This document shows positions 8,877-17,793 of a DNA stretch of 52,232 nt, piece after piece (within the stretch, counting starts at the first letter, position 1; each line of letters starts with the position of its first letter). The DNA is taken from assembly GCA_029861425.1 (NCBI GenBank), contig JAOTZH010000001.1:1-52232 (forward strand). Reading direction: 5' to 3'. Below the pieces are notes generated by a model, which was not told where the DNA came from, did no database searches, and worked only from the letters and a program-made list of their open reading frames with translations. Source of the stretch: Gemmatimonadota bacterium. Lineage in GTDB: Bacteria > Gemmatimonadota > Gemmatimonadetes > Palauibacterales > Palauibacteraceae. Made by a program: the position numbers and the translations under genes.

Positions 8877-9683
8877 CTAGGCGCTGGCGGAGCCGGACAG
8901 CAAGTCCGGGACGCCGATCAGGTACGTGACGTTTCCGGGGGACCTCTCGAGACCCGTCCGGCCGGCCCGCCAGCGGTAGCCCGGCACTTCGACCTTTGCG
9001 GCGAGTGATTCCAGCTCTGGCACCGTGTAGGCACGAAGATGCGAGACGATGCCATCCCACCAGCAGGTCACGGGGACGAGCGGCAGGATGTAGGTCCAGA
9101 ACAGCCGAGACCAACGAAACGGACGGATGAGAGGCGTGGTCAGCCAGACGAACACCGGGGTGAACAGAAAGGGGACCAGGGCGAGGAGACTTCGTTCCGG
9201 GATCTCGAAGATCGCGATCGGACGTCGGTCGGTCGCGGCGTCGGCGAGGATCTTCTCGGCTTCCGCGGGCGCGAAATGGTGAAAGCCGTTGAAGAGAGTC
9301 CGACACCCGGGGAGCCGGGGATCGACACGAGTCGCATCCACGGGCTCCCCGAGGTAGCTGACCCTCCCCGACGCGGCCGCCTTCGCTCCCTCGAACGCGG
9401 AGACATTGGGATACAGATCGGTCAAGAGAACCTCGACATCCAGGCCCTCCGCGCCCAGCTCACGCTGGATATCGAGCACCGGCCCGCCACCGCCCGAGCA
9501 CAAATCGACCAGACGGGTCTCTCCGGACTCGCGAAGCGCGCCGGCGATCAGGGGCACCATCGGCCGGTGGAGACTCAACCTCGAGGACATGAAACGGAGA
9601 TAGTCGGTGGCCAGGTCCCTGATCGTGGCCGGAAACCACGGTAGATCCTCGAGCTCGAAAACGTGGAGGCGGGGGAGGCCCAC
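8877..9683 (-). CDS. Class I SAM-dependent methyltransferase with hydrophobic C-terminal (membrane) segments
   Basis: Motif I VDLCSGGGGPVLD; C-terminal SLLALVPFLFTPVFVWLTTPLI and LFWTYILPLVPVTCWW hydrophobic stretches; GTG start. Confidence 0.8.
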   Translation of the reverse strand: MGLPRLHVFELEDLPWFPATIRDLATDYLRFMSSRLSLHRPMVPLIAGALRESGETRLVDLCSGGGGPVLDIQRELGAEGLDVEVLLTDLYPNVSAFEGAKAAASGRVSYLGEPVDATRVDPRLPGCRTLFNGFHHFAPAEAEKILADAATDRRPIAIFEIPERSLLALVPFLFTPVFVWLTTPLIRPFRWSRLFWTYILPLVPVTCWWDGIVSHLRAYTVPELESLAAKVEVPGYRWRAGRTGLERSPGNVTYLIGVPDLLSGSASA

Positions 9684-9693
9684 TGGGACGGCC

Positions 9694-9861
9694 TTATTCG
9701 GGCGGGTAGTGATCCGCGTCTACGTAAACGATCAGCCAGTCGGCACCAGCGTCCTCGTCGAAGACCGGGGTGTCCTCGCCGACTTCGGCCACGCATCCGG
9801 CCCCCGAGAGCGCGAGTACCGCCATCGACGGGTGCATCAATGGTGACAGGCAGGGTCTCAT
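9694..9861 (-). CDS. Possible 55-aa small ORF with a signal-peptide-like N-terminus (below the ORF-track length cutoff)
   Basis: My own translation: MRPCLSPLMHPSMAVLALSGAGCVAEVGEDTPVFDEDAGADWLIVYVDADHYPPE, with TAA stop 10 nt before the methyltransferase start. Moderately G/C-rich third positions; no clear SD. Confidence 0.3.
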   Translation of the reverse strand: MRPCLSPLMHPSMAVLALSGAGCVAEVGEDTPVFDEDAGADWLIVYVDADHYPPE

Positions 9862-10036
9862 GCGACGAAACATGACGTCAGTTCAGCAGGAACTCCACGG
9901 TCGTCACGACACGAAGGGGCTTGAACAGCTCCCCCTCCGGTGAGATTCCCATTGTTCACGCCGGCAGGTAGGCAGAGGTTCAGGCGGGCCGACGGGCGGC
10001 TCAACCGGACTCCCGATCAAAACGGCAGGGCGCTTC

Positions 10037-11311
10037 GTGAACGAACGGCAACGGATTACAGGCTTCGCTACGCTACTCCTCGCCGGCCTGTGCTCGGCCT
10101 GCGGTGCACCGGACGAGGAGCTCGCCGAAGGTGCGTTTCTCATGAGCCGCGGCGAGGCGGTGGTTCTGCGCCCAGACCGGGTGCTGGACGGCCTCGGCGG
10201 CTCGCTGGAGGACGTCGAGGTCGTCGTACGTGACGGCCGGATCGAGAGCATCGTCGAGGCGGGCACAACGGAGGGCGCCGAGGTCCAGGACCTGGAAGGC
10301 ATGACGCTCCTTCCGGGGCTGATCGACACCCACGTTCATGTCGGCTGGCACTTCGATCACGACACCGACCGCTTGCACTTCGGCGATGTCGAGGAGACGC
10401 TCGGCTATGCAGCCGACAACGCGCTCGCGATGCTCGACGCGGGGGTGACGACCGTTCAGAGCCTCGGCGGGCCGGAGGACCTCCTGCTCCAGGAGGGCAT
10501 CGCATCCGGCGAGCTGGAGGGGCCCACGATCATTACGTCCATCGCTCCGGTGATGGAGAGCACCGGCTCGCCCGACGACATCACGGCATTCGTCGACGAC
10601 GTGGCCGCCCGCGGCGCGGATGTGATCAAGATCTTCGCCTCGGGGAGCATCCGGGACGGCGGGACTCCCACGCTGAGCCAGGAGCAGCTGGATGCCGCCT
10701 GCGGCCGGGCGACCGAGCACGGCTTGCGCAGCGTCGTCCACGCGCACGGTCCACAAAGCGCGACTCGCGCGGTACGGGCGGGTTGCTCGCAGATCGAGCA
10801 CGGTGCGCTCCTCGACCGGGAGACGCTCGAGCTGATGGCCGAACGCGGAGTGTACTTCGACCCGCACACCCACCTGATCTTCCAGAACTACTTCGACAAC
10901 AAGGAACGGTATCTCGGCCTCGGCAACTACAACGAAGAGGGGTTCCAGGCGATGGAGAGGGCGATCCCGACGGCGCTCGAGTCGTTCAGAATCGCCCTGG
11001 ATGTGACCGGGCTCGACATCGTCTACGGGACCGACGCCGTTGCCGGCGCGCACGGGCGGAACTGGGAGGAGCTGGCCTACCGGGTCGAGACGGGGGGACA
11101 GGATCCGATGGACGCGATCGTGTCCGCGACGAGCCGGGCGGCGGAGTCACTGGAGCTGGAGGACGAGGTCGGTCGCGTGGCGCAGGGGTTCGCGGCGGAT
11201 CTCATCGCGGTCGAGGGGGACCCCACGGCCGACATCTCGGCGCTCAGCCGCGTCGGGTTCGTGATGAAGCGCGGCCGGGTCCACCGTCTGCCCGATATAC
11301 GGTCACGCTGA
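10037..11311 (+). CDS. Amidohydrolase-family metal-dependent hydrolase, probable lipoprotein
   Basis: Signal/lipobox-like LLLAGLCSACG; metal-binding LPGLIDTHVHVG; later HAHG and GTDA motifs typical of the amidohydrolase superfamily. Confidence 0.9.
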   Translation: MNERQRITGFATLLLAGLCSACGAPDEELAEGAFLMSRGEAVVLRPDRVLDGLGGSLEDVEVVVRDGRIESIVEAGTTEGAEVQDLEGMTLLPGLIDTHVHVGWHFDHDTDRLHFGDVEETLGYAADNALAMLDAGVTTVQSLGGPEDLLLQEGIASGELEGPTIITSIAPVMESTGSPDDITAFVDDVAARGADVIKIFASGSIRDGGTPTLSQEQLDAACGRATEHGLRSVVHAHGPQSATRAVRAGCSQIEHGALLDRETLELMAERGVYFDPHTHLIFQNYFDNKERYLGLGNYNEEGFQAMERAIPTALESFRIALDVTGLDIVYGTDAVAGAHGRNWEELAYRVETGGQDPMDAIVSATSRAAESLELEDEVGRVAQGFAADLIAVEGDPTADISALSRVGFVMKRGRVHRLPDIRSR

Positions 11312-11798
11312 CGTCACCGAAGCGACTCGTGTTCCCGCGGCCGGGAAGATTGTGCGATTTGTCGTGCTCGACACACAGGACGCCCGCGAACGGCACCTCC
11401 AACCACCGGCGAACGACGCGGTCGAGCTTACGCGAGCCATACGGCGGGTCAGCGAACGCAAGATCGTAGGAGCTGGCTTCAAGCTTCTCCACGAACGGGA
11501 TCGCGTCGCGCTTGAACACGCGGGCGCGCTTTCGAAGGTGGAACGCCGCCACGTTCGCCTTGAGGGCGTGCAGGCTCGCGGGGCCGTCCTCTACGAAGTC
11601 GACGCTCGCCGCGCCCCGGGACATCGCCTCGATTCCGAGTGCGCCGGAGCCCGAGAACAGGTCCAATACGCGCGCGCCGGGGAGCTCCGGTTCGAGCAAG
11701 GTGAGCCACCGGTCCCTGACGGCCTCCGAAGTCGGGCGGACCCGCGCTCCGGGTGACACCAGGTCGCGGCCGGCCCACTTGCCGGCGACGACTCTCAC
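11244..11798 (-). CDS. rsmD: 16S rRNA (guanine966-N2)-methyltransferase
   Basis: VRVVAGKWAGR N-terminus, LDLFSGSGALGIEAMSRGA, and FADPPYG (DPPY motif). GTG at 11798 overlaps the stop of the upstream gene (GTGA). The 3' tail overlaps the amidohydrolase gene by 68 nt. Confidence 0.85.
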   Translation of the reverse strand: MRVVAGKWAGRDLVSPGARVRPTSEAVRDRWLTLLEPELPGARVLDLFSGSGALGIEAMSRGAASVDFVEDGPASLHALKANVAAFHLRKRARVFKRDAIPFVEKLEASSYDLAFADPPYGSRKLDRVVRRWLEVPFAGVLCVEHDKSHNLPGRGNTSRFGDVSVTVYRADGGPGRASSRTRRG

Positions 11799-12331
11799 CG
11801 ACCTCCGCCGGCGACTTCCCTGATTCTCGCCACGAATTCGCGAGCCAGCTCGTTCGGAACGGGGATCGTGAGGTTGTACTGGGTGATCTTCCACCCATCG
11901 TCCCCCTTCACCAATGCCCCGCTCCCTCTCGTCTCGCCGAGGTTGTCGTTGTCGAGGCGCTCGTCGAACCAGGCGGTCCGGCCGTCGGCGGCGACGTACA
12001 CATGTCTCTCGGTCATCGTGTAGGTCCAGCCGCGCCCCTGCGAGAACGGCCCGCGCGCGTACTCCATGAACTGGGCGCGGTCCCAGCGCTCGGTCGCGTC
12101 AGTGCCCAGAAAGATGAAGTCCTCGGCGTAGAGCCCGAAGTAGCGCTCGAAGTCGGCGTCGGACGCCGCCTGGTGGAGTGCATCGAGCACGCCCGAGACC
12201 GCCGCTTCGTCGGCGGACTGGCCAGACAGCAGCGCCGGGGCGGACAGGAGCACGAGAGCGCAGGTCGCGAGGAGTCCACCCGGGCTGGATCGGCGCAGGT
12301 CGCCCCGTGTCGGGTCGCGTCTGGTAGTCAT
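11795..12331 (-). CDS. Secreted NTF2-like (SnoaL/DUF4440-like) protein
   Basis: Signal peptide (LLATCALVLLSAPALLSGQ) followed by a roughly 140-aa domain with an NTF2-like pattern. The product call is tentative. Confidence 0.7.
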   Translation of the reverse strand: MTTRRDPTRGDLRRSSPGGLLATCALVLLSAPALLSGQSADEAAVSGVLDALHQAASDADFERYFGLYAEDFIFLGTDATERWDRAQFMEYARGPFSQGRGWTYTMTERHVYVAADGRTAWFDERLDNDNLGETRGSGALVKGDDGWKITQYNLTIPVPNELAREFVARIREVAGGGR

Positions 12332-12526
12332 CGGTAATTCCCTCCCTGTCGTCGAGTGAGGCCGCCCAACTGAGATGCCTGCGCGCCGGGTCGCAAGCCG
12401 GGATCAGGCCGTGCCAACGCAGCGGGCGCGCCAGGCATCAAAGGAAAGACCGGGGCCGCGACACCAGAACGACGGCTGACTCGTATATTGTCAGAGGGTG
12501 TTTCTTCTCAGGACGGACAGGATGTA

Positions 12527-12757
12527 ATGGGGCGAACGATCGAAGACGCTCAGAAGCGACTCGCCGACGAGCTGATGAAGGGTGGCGATGTCTCCGCGGT
12601 CGGCATTGGCGCGGACGACGGGGAGCCGGTGCTTCGGGTGTACGCGTCGAAGTCGGGCGCGGACCGGGTACCGAGCAAGTACGAAGGTCACCGGGTCGTC
12701 GTGGTGAATAGCGACGGCTTCCGAGCTCAGGGTCCGAAGGACCGAGGAGGCCGCTGA
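12527..12757 (+). CDS. Small (76 aa) protein resembling a single protease pro-domain repeat
   Basis: ATG at 12527 with AGGA upstream. Its TGA overlaps the ATG of the protease gene (TGATG), and a GAGGAGG SD for the protease lies inside its 3' end. By eye it aligns with residues about 57-125 of the downstream protease. Confidence 0.6.
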   Translation: MGRTIEDAQKRLADELMKGGDVSAVGIGADDGEPVLRVYASKSGADRVPSKYEGHRVVVVNSDGFRAQGPKDRGGR

Positions 12758-13875
12758 TGGGTCCGAAGCGCAATCTCATCCTCGCGATGCTCACGGCGGT
12801 CCTGGGCTATATCGGGATCCTGTACCTCGGGGCCGGACCGGTTCCGGTGCCCTGGCCGGACGGGACGATCTGGGCTCCCGGACCCGGGGTGGCTCCCAGC
12901 CCGTCGTTCGATCCCCGCGATCAGTCGGTTGAAGCCGCGCTACGAGTGCAGGCGATGGTGGAGGAGGATCTCTTCGCGATCGCCGGCGTGATCGGCGCGG
13001 GTGTCGGCTGGACGGCCGATGGGCGCACGGCTCTGAGAGTGTTCGTCGAACCCGGGCAGGTCAGCGCGGTGCCCACCCGGCTGGCGAACTTCCCGGTCGT
13101 GATCAGCGAAGCCGGACCGTTCCATGCCGGCATGCCGGCGCCGGTGACCGCCGAAGCGGACGAGTCCGACCTGCTTCCGACCTCCCGCTTCGATCGACCG
13201 GTTCCCGTCGGGATCTCCACCGGGCACCTGAACTCCACTGCCGGCACCATCGGCGCGGTGGTTACCGACGGGATCGACACCTATGCGCTCAGCAACTGGC
13301 ACGTCTTCGTGCCGGCCGGGCAGGCCAGGGTGGGCGATCCGCTGCTTCAGCCCGGTCCGTATGACGGCGGAGCGAACCCGGCCGACGTGATCGGGACGCT
13401 CGCGGCCTTCGAGCCCGTGAAGCTCTCGATGTTCGCGAGCAACAAGATCGACGCCGCGATCGCGAAGACGGACGAGGTGAGCCCGTTCACTCCGGCCAAC
13501 GGCTACGGATCGGCCCGCAGCGAAACGATGAAGGCGCGACCCGGACTGCAGGTCCAGAAGTACGGACGGACGACTGGCCACACGCACGGTGCGGTCGAGT
13601 CGATCAACACCTCGATCAACGTCACGTACGGCTCGGCAGGGTCGCAGATCGCCCGGTTCACCGGCCAGATCATCATCTGTTGCAGCTTCAGCGCCGGCGG
13701 AGACTCCGGTTCGCTCATCGTTGTCGAGGACCTGGACGACGAGGGGACCGAGGGCCCGAACAACCGGAAGCCGGTCGCACTTCTGTTCGCCGGCGACCAG
13801 ACCCGCACGATCGCGAACCCGATCGACCTGGTCCTCAACCGCTTCGGTGTGAAGATCGTCGAGGGCGAGCGCTAG
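12757..13875 (+). CDS. Membrane-anchored chymotrypsin-fold (S1 family) serine protease with an N-terminal pro-domain-like module
   Basis: N-terminal TM/signal anchor LILAMLTAVLGYIGILYLGA. Catalytic triad context SNWHVF (His), KIDAAIAK (Asp), GGDSGSL (Ser codon 13705-13707). Confidence 0.85.
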   Translation: MGPKRNLILAMLTAVLGYIGILYLGAGPVPVPWPDGTIWAPGPGVAPSPSFDPRDQSVEAALRVQAMVEEDLFAIAGVIGAGVGWTADGRTALRVFVEPGQVSAVPTRLANFPVVISEAGPFHAGMPAPVTAEADESDLLPTSRFDRPVPVGISTGHLNSTAGTIGAVVTDGIDTYALSNWHVFVPAGQARVGDPLLQPGPYDGGANPADVIGTLAAFEPVKLSMFASNKIDAAIAKTDEVSPFTPANGYGSARSETMKARPGLQVQKYGRTTGHTHGAVESINTSINVTYGSAGSQIARFTGQIIICCSFSAGGDSGSLIVVEDLDDEGTEGPNNRKPVALLFAGDQTRTIANPIDLVLNRFGVKIVEGER

Positions 13876-13886
13876 GGTCTTCTGAC

Positions 13887-13938
13887 GGGCGGCGGCCGCG
13901 ACCGCCGCCCGACCGCACACTCGCGCGGATTCCGCGCG
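13887..13938 (+). terminator. Two consecutive GC-rich hairpins downstream of the protease gene
   Basis: GGGCGGCGG-ccgcga-CCGCCGCCC (13887-13910) and CGCGCGG-att-CCGCGCG (13922-13938). There is no U-tract, so function as a terminator or attenuator is uncertain. Confidence 0.4.
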
Positions 13939-13960
13939 CACGGATAGCTTGGCTCCCACC

Positions 13961-14185
13961 ATGGAACCCGTGCGCTCTCACTACGTCCCGCGGACAGCGG
14001 CAGGCCGCCTCGCGGTCGGTGCGTTCCTGGGTCTCTTCGCGTTCACCCAGCCGCCGCTCGTCTTCTGGCTGGCCAACCGGACGGACCCGTGGATCGCCGG
14101 CGTGCCGTTCCTCTACGCCTACCTGTTCGTCATCTACGTCGGTCTGATCGGGATCCTGCTGTGGGCGCGCGGAAAGAACCTGTGA
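13961..14185 (+). CDS. DUF3311-like small membrane protein (two TM), companion of a sodium:solute symporter
   Basis: ATG at 13961 (the track TTG is at 13949). Two hydrophobic helices. Its position directly upstream of an SSS transporter is the usual arrangement for this small-subunit family. Confidence 0.7.
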   Translation: MEPVRSHYVPRTAAGRLAVGAFLGLFAFTQPPLVFWLANRTDPWIAGVPFLYAYLFVIYVGLIGILLWARGKNL

Positions 14186-14231
14186 TGCCCTCTCCCGCGG
14201 CACGGGCGCGATACCCGGACGAGGGCCGCTA

Positions 14232-15725
14232 GTGGAGGCCTGGGTCGTCGCGACCGGTCTGATCTTCATCTATCTGCTCGCGACAATCGTGATCGGATTC
14301 GTCGCGAACCGCAGGATGTCCGACGATCTCGAGGATTTTCTGCTCTACGGGCGGAAGGCGAAGTTCGTCGTCCTCTACCTGACGGTCTGCGCCACGTACC
14401 ATTCGGCCTTCGCCTTCCTCGGTTCTGGCGGGTTCTTCTACACCCACGGGATCGGATTCTGGGCCGCCGGCGCGTGGACGGTGCTGGTGGGAGCGATCAC
14501 GTACGTCCTGGGCAGCCGGATCTGGGCGCTCGGGAAGAACTTCGGATACATCACCCCGGCCGATATGCTGGCGGACTTCTACGAATCCGACGCCGTCCGG
14601 GTCGTGACCGCCCTCGTCTCGGTGCTCTTCACGATCCTCTACATCCAGGTCCAGGCACAGGGACTCGGGTATATCCTCTCGGTCGCGTCGGGCGACAGGA
14701 TCTCGTTCCAGCTCGGGACGCTCATCCTCCTCGTCGTGGCGGCGGGCTATCTCATCGCCGGCGGTCTGCGCGCCGTGTACTGGACCGACGTGATTCAGGG
14801 GGCGTGGATGTACATCGCCGTCTGGGTCGGCGCGCTCGTGCTGGCGTACGAGCTGTTCGGCGGCCCGCTCGAGCTCTGGAAGCGCGTCGCGGCCGAGCGG
14901 CCGGACCTGCTGACGCTCCCCGGACCGGAGGGGTTCTTCACGCCCGGGATGTGGTTCGGGATGGTGATCGTCCTGTCCTTCGGGATCGTCTTCCAGCCGC
15001 ATCTGATCATCCGGTACTACACAGCAGCCTCGGCGAAGACGATCAAGTGGCTGGGCGCGACGACGCCGATCTATCTCATGACCTTGTTCATCCCGGCCGC
15101 TCTGGTGGGTCTGGGCGGGGCGCTCGTGATGCCGGACATCGAAGTGGCGGATCGGATCTTCCCGGAGATGCTGTTCGAGTACGCGCCGGCGTGGCTGACC
15201 GGGATCATCCTCGCCGGCGCGACCGCGGCGGCGATGTCGACGCTCGACTCGATCCTGCACTCGAATATGACGGTGCTTACGCGGGACATCTATCAGCGGT
15301 ACATGGTCACCGATGCGGATCAGCGCCACTACATACTCGTCGGCCGGCTGATCGTAGTCGCGTTGCTCGCCGTCGGGTACGTGCTGTCGGTCGGGACGTT
15401 CGAGTTCCTTGTCGTGCTCGTCACGCTATCGGGAGCCGGCGCGCTTCAGCTCATGCCGGCGATGCTCGGGGTCCTCTTCCCGTCACGCCGACTCACCACG
15501 AAGGCGGGCGTGCTCGCGGGGATCGCCGCCAGCATGGTCGCCCTGTACGCGACCCTGGTAGCCTGGCCTCATCCGTTGGGTCTCCACGGCGGCGTGTGGG
15601 GGCTGCTCGCGAATTTCGCCGCGACGATTCTCGTGAGCCGATTCACGGCACCGCCGACCGACGCGACCGTCGAGCGCATCCACGGAGCGATCGAGCGGTT
15701 CGTGTACGAGGGGGATCCCGCGTGA
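14232..15725 (+). CDS. Sodium:solute symporter (SSS) family transporter
   Basis: 497 aa, about 13 hydrophobic segments, SSS-like motifs (GGLRAVYWTDVIQG). Confidence 0.9.
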   Translation: MEAWVVATGLIFIYLLATIVIGFVANRRMSDDLEDFLLYGRKAKFVVLYLTVCATYHSAFAFLGSGGFFYTHGIGFWAAGAWTVLVGAITYVLGSRIWALGKNFGYITPADMLADFYESDAVRVVTALVSVLFTILYIQVQAQGLGYILSVASGDRISFQLGTLILLVVAAGYLIAGGLRAVYWTDVIQGAWMYIAVWVGALVLAYELFGGPLELWKRVAAERPDLLTLPGPEGFFTPGMWFGMVIVLSFGIVFQPHLIIRYYTAASAKTIKWLGATTPIYLMTLFIPAALVGLGGALVMPDIEVADRIFPEMLFEYAPAWLTGIILAGATAAAMSTLDSILHSNMTVLTRDIYQRYMVTDADQRHYILVGRLIVVALLAVGYVLSVGTFEFLVVLVTLSGAGALQLMPAMLGVLFPSRRLTTKAGVLAGIAASMVALYATLVAWPHPLGLHGGVWGLLANFAATILVSRFTAPPTDATVERIHGAIERFVYEGDPA

Positions 15726-15768
15726 GACGGAGCATCCCTCTGCTCGGACGTCACATGGATGGCACGAC

Positions 15769-17793
15769 TTGAGCCACCTCGTCGGAGTGGACACGGGCGG
15801 GACGTTCACGGATGTCGTTCTTGTCGAGGGCGACCAGGTCCGCATCTACAAGGTGCCGTCGACTCCGGACGATCCCAGCCTGGCGGTGCTCGAGGGGCTC
15901 GCCGGGCTCCTCGACGACGGGGCGCTTGCCGACGCGCGTGTAATCCATGGATCGACAGTAGCCACAAACGCTTTACTTGAACGTAAAGGCGCACGAGTCG
16001 CGCTCGTGACCACGGCGGGGTTCGAGGACGTCATCGAAATCGGGCGTCAGGCTCGGAGGGAGATATACGACCTGGCCGTCTCGAAGCCCGAGCCGCTGGT
16101 GCCACCACAGCGACGGTTCGGCGCACGCGAGCGGCTCGATGAGCGCGGAACGGTCATCACGGCGCTCGAGGAGGCCGAGGTGGAGCGGGTGGCGCGAGCG
16201 GTGGCCGCGAGCGATGCGGAATCAGTCGCCATTTGTTTGCTCCATTCGTATGCGAATCCGGCGCACGAGCATGCCCTGGTGCGCGCCCTGGAGGACTCGG
16301 GATTCGTGACCGCATCGTATGACGTGCTTCCGGAGTTCCGGGAGTACGAGCGGACGAGTACGACGGCGGTTAATGCGTTCGTAGGGCCGGTCATGTCGTC
16401 CTATCTGGGCAAGCTCGGAGAGCGTCTGGACCCCGGGCGGGTGCGGATCATGGCCTCCAATGGCGGGGTGGTCTCGCTGGACGCCGCCAGTCGCCTCGCC
16501 GTCCAGACCATCCTCTCGGGGCCTGCCGGCGGCGCGGTCGGCGGCTTCGAGATCGGACGGCTCGCGGGTCACGACCATGTGATCACGTTCGACATGGGCG
16601 GAACCTCGACCGACGTCAGCCTGTGCGCGGGTGAGCTGAGCAGGACCTCGGAGGCCGAGATCGGCGGGCTGCCGATTCGCGTCCCCGTCATCGACATCCA
16701 CACGGTCGGCGCGGGTGGTGGCTCGATCGCGTACCGCGACCCGGGGGGCTCGCTCAGGGTCGGACCGGAGAGCGCGGGGGCGGACCCCGGTCCCATCTGC
16801 TACGGGCGAGGCGGGGCCGGGGTGACCGTGACGGACGCGAACCTGTTTCTCGGCCGTCTGTCGCCACACCATTTCCTCGGCGGGGCACAGGAGCTCGAGT
16901 CCGAGGGAGTATCGGCGGCGATCGAGAGGCTGTCGGCGGAGCTGGGACTCGAGGCAGTCGAGCTCGCCGAAGGCGTCGTGCGCGTCGCGAACGCGACGAT
17001 GGAGCGGGCGATTCGGGTCATCTCTTTGGAGCGCGGGTTCGATCCGCGCGACTTCACGCTCATCTGTTTCGGCGGGGCGGGCGGCCTGCACGCGGTCGAC
17101 CTCGCACGGTCTCTCGGGATCCCGCGGGTCCTCGTTCCGGCGGGAGCCGGGACGCTCTCCGCACTCGGGATGCTTCTGGCCGATCCGATTCGGGACTTCT
17201 CGCGCTCGCTTCTTCGGCCGCTCGACGGTTTCGAGGCGGACGAGCTCGAAGCGGTGTTCGACGCGCTCGAGGGACTCGGGCGCCAGGAATTGGTCGCCGA
17301 GGGATTCGCCGAATCCAGTCTGCGGTTCGAACGGCTCGCGGATCTACGCTACAGCGGTCAGGGATTCGAGCTGGCAGTGTCCGTCGGTTCGACGACCGAC
17401 CTCGAGGACCCGGGCCCGGCGTCAGCCTCCCGCGCGGATACCCTGGCCGCGGATTTCCACGACGCCCACGAGGCCCGCTACGGGTACGCCGACCGTGGTC
17501 GATCGGTGGAGGTCGTGACTGTGCGCGTCCGCGCGATCGCGGTTACGGACAAGCCCGAACTGACCACCGCCGTGTCTGGCGATACGGACGCGAGCGCGGC
17601 CGTGATCGGCTCGCATCGCCTTGTCCATGACGGCGGGAGACACGACGGAGCGCTGATCGACCGGGATCTGCTCCGCCCGGGGCACGAGTTCGTCGGTCCG
17701 GCCGTCGTGGTGGAGTACAGCACGACTACGCTCGTCCCTCCCGGGACAGCCTGTCAGATCGACACCCACCTGAACCTCGTCCTGACCCCATGA
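15769..17793 (+). CDS. hyuA: Hydantoinase/oxoprolinase family, A (HyuA-type) subunit
   Basis: TTG start gives MSHLVGVDTGGTFTDVVL. Also has IHGSTVATNALLERKG and CLLHSYANPAHE motifs. Confidence 0.9.
   Translation: MSHLVGVDTGGTFTDVVLVEGDQVRIYKVPSTPDDPSLAVLEGLAGLLDDGALADARVIHGSTVATNALLERKGARVALVTTAGFEDVIEIGRQARREIYDLAVSKPEPLVPPQRRFGARERLDERGTVITALEEAEVERVARAVAASDAESVAICLLHSYANPAHEHALVRALEDSGFVTASYDVLPEFREYERTSTTAVNAFVGPVMSSYLGKLGERLDPGRVRIMASNGGVVSLDAASRLAVQTILSGPAGGAVGGFEIGRLAGHDHVITFDMGGTSTDVSLCAGELSRTSEAEIGGLPIRVPVIDIHTVGAGGGSIAYRDPGGSLRVGPESAGADPGPICYGRGGAGVTVTDANLFLGRLSPHHFLGGAQELESEGVSAAIERLSAELGLEAVELAEGVVRVANATMERAIRVISLERGFDPRDFTLICFGGAGGLHAVDLARSLGIPRVLVPAGAGTLSALGMLLADPIRDFSRSLLRPLDGFEADELEAVFDALEGLGRQELVAEGFAESSLRFERLADLRYSGQGFELAVSVGSTTDLEDPGPASASRADTLAADFHDAHEARYGYADRGRSVEVVTVRVRAIAVTDKPELTTAVSGDTDASAAVIGSHRLVHDGGRHDGALIDRDLLRPGHEFVGPAVVVEYSTTTLVPPGTACQIDTHLNLVLTP

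Noticed and set aside
9873-9880. TGACGTCA 8-bp palindrome upstream of the micro-ORF
   Set aside because: It is too short to distinguish from chance, and I saw no second half-site or repeat.
15937-15996. Run of A/T-ending codons, including a rare TTA (15973-15975), inside the conserved IHGSTVATNALLERKG motif of hyuA, with a weak CTTTAC/GTAAAG hairpin
   Set aside because: Similar A/T-ending patches occur in other conserved motifs here (for example 4021-4060 and 16213-16260, and Asp-box regions of the BNR gene). It therefore looks like a general local codon effect rather than a specific embedded element. A sliding-window GC3 scan would settle it.
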